Source: a cyanobacterium endosymbiont of Rhopalodia gibba
Lineage (GTDB): Bacteria; Cyanobacteriota; Cyanobacteriia; Cyanobacteriales; Microcystaceae
Direction: 5' to 3'
Assembly: GCA_045159875.1 (NCBI GenBank)
Contig: CP067995.1
Location: forward strand, 1,312,001 to 1,376,000
Length of the DNA: 64,000 nucleotides
Part shown: positions 57,575-64,000 of the stretch, piece after piece
How positions within the stretch are numbered: position 1 is the stretch's first letter
How the letters are laid out: each line of letters starts with the position of its first letter
Notes under the pieces: model-generated
Database searches by the model: none
Seen by the model: only the letters and a program-made list of their open reading frames with translations
What the model was told of the DNA's origin: nothing
Program-made: the position numbers and the translations under genes

Positions 57575-58500
57575 ATACATTAATACCTCTATTATTGAGC
57601 AACGGTTGGTATCAGTTGCAAATCTATTTAAGAACTAGGAATTCAAAATAACAGTCAGCTTAAATCTTATTTATCGGCTAAAATAATTTGAGATTTAGAA
57701 TAGAATAATAGTTTTGATTATCTAACAGAAGGAGTAGGAAATCTTTGTATCAATGCTGTCCATATTTCTTAGGAATCTAACGGAGAATTGACTATTAGTT
57801 TATCTCAAGGAGAGTATAAGAATAATTTAAAAAAGAAAAGTAGTTTGTCTAAAAATTAAACCATTGTCTTAACAAATATTATTAGTCAATTATTTATTCG
57901 CTCCGACTATACAATCAGAACATGTTAATCAATGTCTTCTTGCTCAGATAGAACAAGTTCATAGTCTAATTTTGGACGGATGTATTTGCCAATTATGGAC
58001 ACTAGCCTATATATAAAAATAGAAGAAAATAAAACTAGGTGTATGACAAAACGATAAAAACAGCTTAATTTGGTAATTAAGTTACCTGAAAAGAGGTAAA
58101 AAAATCTTGCAACTAAGTGGCAAAACAATTGTTGAAGATATGAATTTTAATTAGGCAGTGGTAGGATAAATTGCCGTTACCAAAATGGTGGATTTTTATT
58201 AGAACTTAATATCCGTAACTATTTGAAATCACAAGGCAACATTCTTAATTAAGCTCTTCGCGATACGTTAGTAAACGATGATAAACGTAATTTTTTTAAA
58301 AAATAACCTATGCAACAAATAATCAAATCCCTGTAGATCTTGTTAACTTACGTGCTCATGATGAACTTCAGCAAGGTTTAGAAAGGGATATTCAAGAATT
58401 AGGGTTTAGTTATTACCGTAAACGTTCCGTCATGTGTTGCTGCTAAAGCTATGTTAGTATTTTTTTTGTAACAAAAACTCTATCAGGCTAGGCTGTTCAC
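57575..58500 (+). pseudogene. AIPR (abortive infection phage resistance) family pseudogene
   Basis: INTSIIEQRL, FDYLTEG..INAVHIS, LQLSGKTIVEDMNF, LLELNIRNYL, ITYATNNQIPVDL..LRAHDELQ..LE.DIQELGFSYYRKR; stops and deletions. Confidence 0.8.
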
Positions 58501-59175
58501 TCGCAAAACAAAAATTTATTAGTCTCCCTGTCATGTGATCTTAAGCCACAATAAGAATAAACGTTATTCTCTGGTTGGGTAATATCAAATACTTTTTTAG
58601 TTAAAATTCCAATTTACTAAGATATTAAAATAATCACTAAAAATGTTATTATTAAAACTATCTTTGATAAACTTACTCGATTAGATGGTATCAAGCAGAC
58701 TATTTTTATCTCTAAAAATAGAAAAATACAAGACAAAAAAAAACTAGTAAGTCTAAGTTAGCTTAACATTAAATATTGTAGATTATCTCTTAATAAAAAA
58801 AATAAAGAAACTAGAATCAAGAAGATTATGAGTTAGACAACTCAAGATTATTTAACACCAATGCAAAACAGAATGTCAAGATAAATTAGACTAATAAATA
58901 AGAGTAAGATTCCTAGTCAATAAATCTAAGAATAGACATTGATCTAAATTGCACTTTAAATTTAGTAAGTCAAAACATAGTTCTATTGTCTGAAGTAAAA
59001 ATACTTAGACGGTAATAACCGTATTTATCTCCATTAAGACGGAGCAATTCAAAATAAAAAAATAGCTAAAAATAAATATTTATGTTATAAATCAATCATA
59101 AATATTTTTTAATTATTAAAATAGTTAATATTTATGAAATATTTACCGTAAGTTATCACTTAAATAATCAGAATT

Positions 59176-59955
59176 CTATTCTATAAAATTGTCCTTCATA
59201 GCTCGGATTTTGCCAAAAACTTGCTCCGGTTCTTTCACACCTACTATTGATTGTAAACTAACACTATCCCATCGCAAAAAGGGATTGATTTTTTTTTCTT
59301 CTCCTAATAAAAAAGGAACGGTTGCTTTTCCTTGTTGACGATTTTTTTTAACTTGATTCAATTTCTTTTTTAAGACTGCATTATCAGGATCAACTGTTAC
59401 TGCAAATTGAAGATTTTTTAAGGTATATTCGTGGGCACACCACACACGAGTTTTATCGGGTAAATTCCGTAACTTATCTAATGAATTAACCATTTGTGCT
59501 GGATTCCCTTCAAACAACCGTCCGCATCCCCCCGAGAATAAAGTATCGCCACAGAACAATTCTCCGGTATCTTGAGCTGATTCTGGGAAAAAATAGTAAG
59601 CAATATGAGCGCGAGTATGTCCAGGGACAAAGAAAACTTCTCCCACCCGTTTAGCGAATTTAACGCGATCACCTTCTTTCAAGAAAACCTGTTGGTGAGG
59701 AATTCTACCCCTATCTTCTACCCCTCCATAGACACAAAGGTGAGGAAACTTTTTGATTAAAATATTATTTGCCCCAATATGGTCGTAATGATGATGGGTA
59801 TTAAAAATAGCTACTAGTTGGGCTTCTAGCTCATCTAAACATCTTAAAACGGGAGTCGCCTCAGCTGGATCAACTACAGCTGTGGTATGATCAATAGAAT
59901 TATGAAGCACAAAAATATAGTTGTTAGATAGGGCAGAAAGTCGTTTAATATCCAT
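59176..59955 (-). CDS. gloB: Hydroxyacylglutathione hydrolase (glyoxalase II)
   Basis: THHHYDHIG, PGHT, GDTLFSGGCGR, CAHEYT, NPFLR. Confidence 0.95.
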   Translation of the reverse strand: MDIKRLSALSNNYIFVLHNSIDHTTAVVDPAEATPVLRCLDELEAQLVAIFNTHHHYDHIGANNILIKKFPHLCVYGGVEDRGRIPHQQVFLKEGDRVKFAKRVGEVFFVPGHTRAHIAYYFFPESAQDTGELFCGDTLFSGGCGRLFEGNPAQMVNSLDKLRNLPDKTRVWCAHEYTLKNLQFAVTVDPDNAVLKKKLNQVKKNRQQGKATVPFLLGEEKKINPFLRWDSVSLQSIVGVKEPEQVFGKIRAMKDNFIE

Positions 59956-60526
59956 AAATGATGGGTGAATTCAGCTGACATGAGTCATATTTTTTAGTTT
60001 AAGACAGATTTGTCTAACATAATGAAAATTGTCAGAAATTTAGTTTCACAAACGTAGACAATAATTTATTTATAAATCCTTGCATTTGTATTTTTTTATA
60101 AAAGACTTATCCATATTGGTAATATTGTATTGCTCAGTATCTTAGGAGTTGATGCAATTCTTTAACGTAAAACTATTATTCACTGACAAATTGTGGGTGT
60201 TATATTACTTCTTTTTAAGAAAAACCGTACTCGTTAGATTATGGGTTAAATAAACCTAAGCTGTTATGTTTGTTTGTCAATACTTGTATATGACAAGCTG
60301 TTCTTTGTATTATTTTTGCCCAACAAGTAAATATTTAGAATATTTTAATTATGACTAGACTAATTTTAATAATTATTTTAGTCATTCTTATTGTTCTCAA
60401 CACATAGTATAAGTTTTGTAGGGTAAGCAAAGATATATTAATGTACTCTTATTCAAGACACCTATTGTAATTTCTACATCTTCTAGTCTTAAAGTTTTAT
60501 TTGTAAAAAGTCTCCGAGAAAAACTT

Positions 60527-63500
60527 ATGATAATTACTGAAATACTTGATAAACTTCGCCAATTGACGCAGATTGACATCCAATCTTCTTGGCTTAGTAT
60601 TTCTGACAAAATCTCTTTTGATTCTATCGATATAGATGCTGGGAAACCTGTTCATCTGAATGAGAAAGGTTACATTATTTGGCCTGCAGGAAGACAGGTT
60701 AAATGGTTAGCTAAAAAGCTTATAATTCCTAAAGAAATTAGGGGGTATCCTCTATCAGGATTAACAGTCAAATTAGCTTTAACTTGGTGGGCAGAAAAAG
60801 CAGAAATTTTTATTAACAAACAATTAGTACAAGAGGGAGATTTATTTGATTCTTCAGCTAGGATTTTAGTAAGTCCATGTGCTAAACCAAGAGAGGAATT
60901 TTTAATTTTATTACGTTTAGTTAGTCCCAGTCATGATATTGGTGGGCTAATGAATTCTAAACTAATTTATGAAACAGATATAGGTTTAATAGACCCTGGT
61001 TTTGTTGCCGATGAGCTAACTATATTATACAATTACCTGTCTGCTTTTGAACCTCAAAATATAGACTTATTTAAAAAAATAATTGATCGGATAAACTGGG
61101 ATATTGTCGATGACAAAGAAAGATTTAATTGCCATTTATTAGAATTACGTAAGACTCTTAAACCTTTGGCAAAAAAAATTAAAAAATACTCTTTAAATTT
61201 ATTAGGACATGCTCATTTAGATATGGCTTGGTTATGGCTAGTTGATGAAACTTGGGATGTAGGAGAGAGGACATTTTCCTCTGTTATCAACCTACAGAAA
61301 GAGTTCCCAGAACTTATTTTTGGTCATACAACCCCTGTTCTTTATGAATGGATAGAAAAACATCGTCCTCAGCTTTTTAAAAAAATCATAAAAGCATATA
61401 AACAAGGGAAATGGGAAATCTTAGGAGGAATGTGGGTTGAACCAGAAGTAAATTTAGTATCTGGAGAATCAATAGTTAGACAACTGTTGTATGGACAACG
61501 TTTTTTTAAAAAAAAATTTGGCAAAATAACCCAGGTTGCTTGGCTTCCTGATAGTTTTGGGTTTACTTGGCAATTGCCACAGATTTTCCACCAGAGTGGA
61601 ATTAAATATTTTGTAACTGGAAAACTTCATTGGAATACTAATGTAAAATTTCCTTATGGTTTTTTTTATTGGCAATCTCCCGATGGAACCCAATTATTAA
61701 CTCTGATTTCTCCTCCAAACGTCGCTGGAGTTATGAATACTAATCCTCTGAGAATGACTGATTATTTGATCTCATGGAAGCAACAAACAGACTTAAAAGA
61801 TGCTTTGTGGTTACCTGGAGTAGGAGATCATGGAGGAGGTCCAACTCGTGATATGTTAACTGTTCAAAATCGCTGGAGACAGTCTCCTTTTTCTCCTAAA
61901 ATTAGTTTTACTAAAGCTATTGATTATTTAGATAAATTAGGAAAAATTTCTGATTCTATTCCAGTTTGGGATGATGAACTTTATCTGGATTTACATCGGG
62001 GTTGCTATACAACTCATGCTGATCAAAAATTTTATAATCGTCGCTGCGAAAATTTACTATATCAAGCTGAATTGTGGTTTTCTATTGCAACAATTATTCA
62101 AAAAAAACATGTTAATGTTGACAATAAAATATCTTTAGAAAAAGCCTGGAAAAAAGTTTTATTCAATCAGTTTCATGATATTTTACCTGGAACTTCTATT
62201 GCTGAAGTTTTTACTCAAGCTAATAAAGATTGGCAGAAAACGTTGAAAATTAGTCAATCTTTATTAGACAATTCTTTTCAAGCTATTATTTCTAAAATTT
62301 CCTTGCCAAAATCACCTAAAACTAATGCTATTCCCTTGATAATTTTTAATTCTCTAAATTGGCAAAGATCAGAAGTGATTGAATGTTCTGTAACAGAAAA
62401 TAACTGTAAAATTTACGATTTAGAAGGAAATCAATTAACTTCTCAACTATCAAACGATAATAAACTTTTATTCTTTGCAGAAAATATTCCATCAATTGGA
62501 TATCGTATTTTCTGGTTATGTCCTACCGATCAAACTTCAGAAAACACTGATAAAATCAATGATAATGATCATACTCTTGAAAATCAATACTTAAAAGTTA
62601 CTATCAATTCTAGAACAGGAAATATAGATAGTATTTTTGACAAAGTTGTTCAGAAAGAAATTGTTAGGGGAGAATGTAATCAATTGCAAGGATTTCAAGA
62701 TCAAGGACAATATTGGGATGCTTGGAATATCGATCCCAATTATAATGATTATCCCTTGCCAGAAACTAAATTGAAGACCATTGAGTATTTAGAAATGGGT
62801 CCTATAGAATGGACAATAAGAGTGATTCGACAATTAGGAAACTCAGAATTTTGTCAAGATTATAGTTTACGAATTAACTCAAAAGTTATCATAATTAAAA
62901 CAAGAGTTGACTGGCAAGAAACCCATGTCTTGGTCAAAAGTTCTTTTTCCTTGAATTTAGATAGTAATTATACAACCTATGAAATTCCTTTTGCTGCTAT
63001 TGAACGAACAAACTATCCTAAAACCCCGGAAGAAAAAGCTAAATGGGAAGTCCCTGCATTAAGATGGGCAGATTTAACAGATAAGTCTCAAAACTATGGA
63101 GTAAGTATTTTAAATGACTGTAAATATGGCTATGATAGTCAAAGTGATCGCTTAAGACTTACTCTTTTAAAAAGTCCCCGTTGGCCAGATTCTAATTGTG
63201 ATCGCGGTTTGCACTATTTTACCTATGCCATATATCCCCATCAAGGAAGTTGGCAAGAAGCAAAAACTGTACAGCGAGGATATGAACTAAACGTTCCCCT
63301 AAATGTGGTTTTTTCTCCAAAAAATAAACCGAATCAACCCACGACATTACCACCAGTCAATCAATTCTTAAATTTGGGTTCAGATAACTTAATTCTGTCA
63401 GCTTTTAAACCAGCAGAAGATCACTCGAATGCTTGGGTTTTACGATGTTATGAATGTGAGGGAAAAAATACCTTAATTTTTGTAACTACTAATCTAAATT

Positions 63501-63604
63501 TAACATTTATTAATCAAGTAAATCTTTTAGAAGAACCTATTCCCAACTTTTTTGAAATTACTCCGTGGAAAATAGTTAGCCTTAAAGCAAAAGTAGAGCT
63601 TTAA
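60527..63604 (+). CDS. Alpha-mannosidase, GH38
   Basis: GHAHLDMAWLW, GGMWVE, WLPDSFG, GDHGGGP, LHRGCYTT, NQFHDILPGTSI. Confidence 0.93.
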   Translation: MIITEILDKLRQLTQIDIQSSWLSISDKISFDSIDIDAGKPVHLNEKGYIIWPAGRQVKWLAKKLIIPKEIRGYPLSGLTVKLALTWWAEKAEIFINKQLVQEGDLFDSSARILVSPCAKPREEFLILLRLVSPSHDIGGLMNSKLIYETDIGLIDPGFVADELTILYNYLSAFEPQNIDLFKKIIDRINWDIVDDKERFNCHLLELRKTLKPLAKKIKKYSLNLLGHAHLDMAWLWLVDETWDVGERTFSSVINLQKEFPELIFGHTTPVLYEWIEKHRPQLFKKIIKAYKQGKWEILGGMWVEPEVNLVSGESIVRQLLYGQRFFKKKFGKITQVAWLPDSFGFTWQLPQIFHQSGIKYFVTGKLHWNTNVKFPYGFFYWQSPDGTQLLTLISPPNVAGVMNTNPLRMTDYLISWKQQTDLKDALWLPGVGDHGGGPTRDMLTVQNRWRQSPFSPKISFTKAIDYLDKLGKISDSIPVWDDELYLDLHRGCYTTHADQKFYNRRCENLLYQAELWFSIATIIQKKHVNVDNKISLEKAWKKVLFNQFHDILPGTSIAEVFTQANKDWQKTLKISQSLLDNSFQAIISKISLPKSPKTNAIPLIIFNSLNWQRSEVIECSVTENNCKIYDLEGNQLTSQLSNDNKLLFFAENIPSIGYRIFWLCPTDQTSENTDKINDNDHTLENQYLKVTINSRTGNIDSIFDKVVQKEIVRGECNQLQGFQDQGQYWDAWNIDPNYNDYPLPETKLKTIEYLEMGPIEWTIRVIRQLGNSEFCQDYSLRINSKVIIIKTRVDWQETHVLVKSSFSLNLDSNYTTYEIPFAAIERTNYPKTPEEKAKWEVPALRWADLTDKSQNYGVSILNDCKYGYDSQSDRLRLTLLKSPRWPDSNCDRGLHYFTYAIYPHQGSWQEAKTVQRGYELNVPLNVVFSPKNKPNQPTTLPPVNQFLNLGSDNLILSAFKPAEDHSNAWVLRCYECEGKNTLIFVTTNLNLTFINQVNLLEEPIPNFFEITPWKIVSLKAKVEL

Positions 63605-63749
63605 GGAATCTAGGAGTTAAACGATGGGGAGCTTTCACACGATACCGAACTTGGTTCTCATACCCTCATTCTCTTCTCGAGTTTTTCAAGCTTTCCGCCT
63701 CCTGTCTCACTTCAATTTTGATTGATACTATTTTCGTCAACTCTAACCA

Positions 63750-63945
63750 CAGATGTTGGTATTGTATATCTTCATCAGTTACTAAATCAATTGCTTCATT
63801 GACAGCTAGACTGAGACCTTAAGAATTTGGAAAATCTTAAGTTCACAAATATTTTTTAATTTTCAACTTAGAGTTTTCAATTCCATCAGTTTTCTAACTT
63901 TGGTTGCTTTATAAGCCGATAAATTATTCATCACCATAGTAAGCC
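63750..63945 (-). mobile_element. IS630-family transposase C-terminal remnant
   Basis: MVMNNLSAYKATKVRKLME (cf. VMDNL..HK...VRE), IENSKLKIKKYL, AVNEAIDLVTDEDI. Confidence 0.65.
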
Positions 63946-64000
63946 TCTAGCTACAATAATATCAGTCCTTCTGTTTTATCAGTAAGAGACGTTTCTTTAA

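Noticed and set aside
57925..58128. 67-aa minus-strand ORF
   Set aside because: Antisense shadow of the AIPR pseudogene

Overview
A 64-kb AT-rich chromosomal window from a unicellular cyanobacterium of Crocosphaera/Cyanothece type that is part-way through reductive genome evolution. Intact genes (glgB, pdxH, rlmD, pmgA-like, rnc, map, rpsB-tsf, crtH, argC, acnB, aroC, hddC/hddA, sir, gloB, GH38 mannosidase) are separated by 1-3 kb very AT-rich spacers and many recognisable pseudogenes: light-dependent protochlorophyllide reductase por, arginine dihydrolase argZ/agrE, a GH13 neopullulanase, an AIPR defence protein, aldo/keto reductase, DUF362, VOC, and IS982/IS630 transposases. This pattern, with acnB still present, best fits a non-photosynthetic diatom endosymbiont such as a Rhopalodiaceae spheroid body (inference). 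Points the ORF track misses: a multibranch structured RNA candidate upstream of glgB, an intact psbI, a ribbon-helix-helix-like tail on sulfite reductase, a 10-bp hairpin-loop micro-inversion in the por pseudogene with many unrelated perfect palindromes in spacers, a compact 6S RNA, an 81-bp in-frame duplication with only synonymous changes in a J-domain protein, nonsense-trimmed C-termini on AcnB and EF-Ts, and HIP1 erosion. No CRISPR array, rRNA or tRNA was seen. All family assignments are by eye and from recalled motifs; no searches were run, and pseudogene boundaries are approximate.
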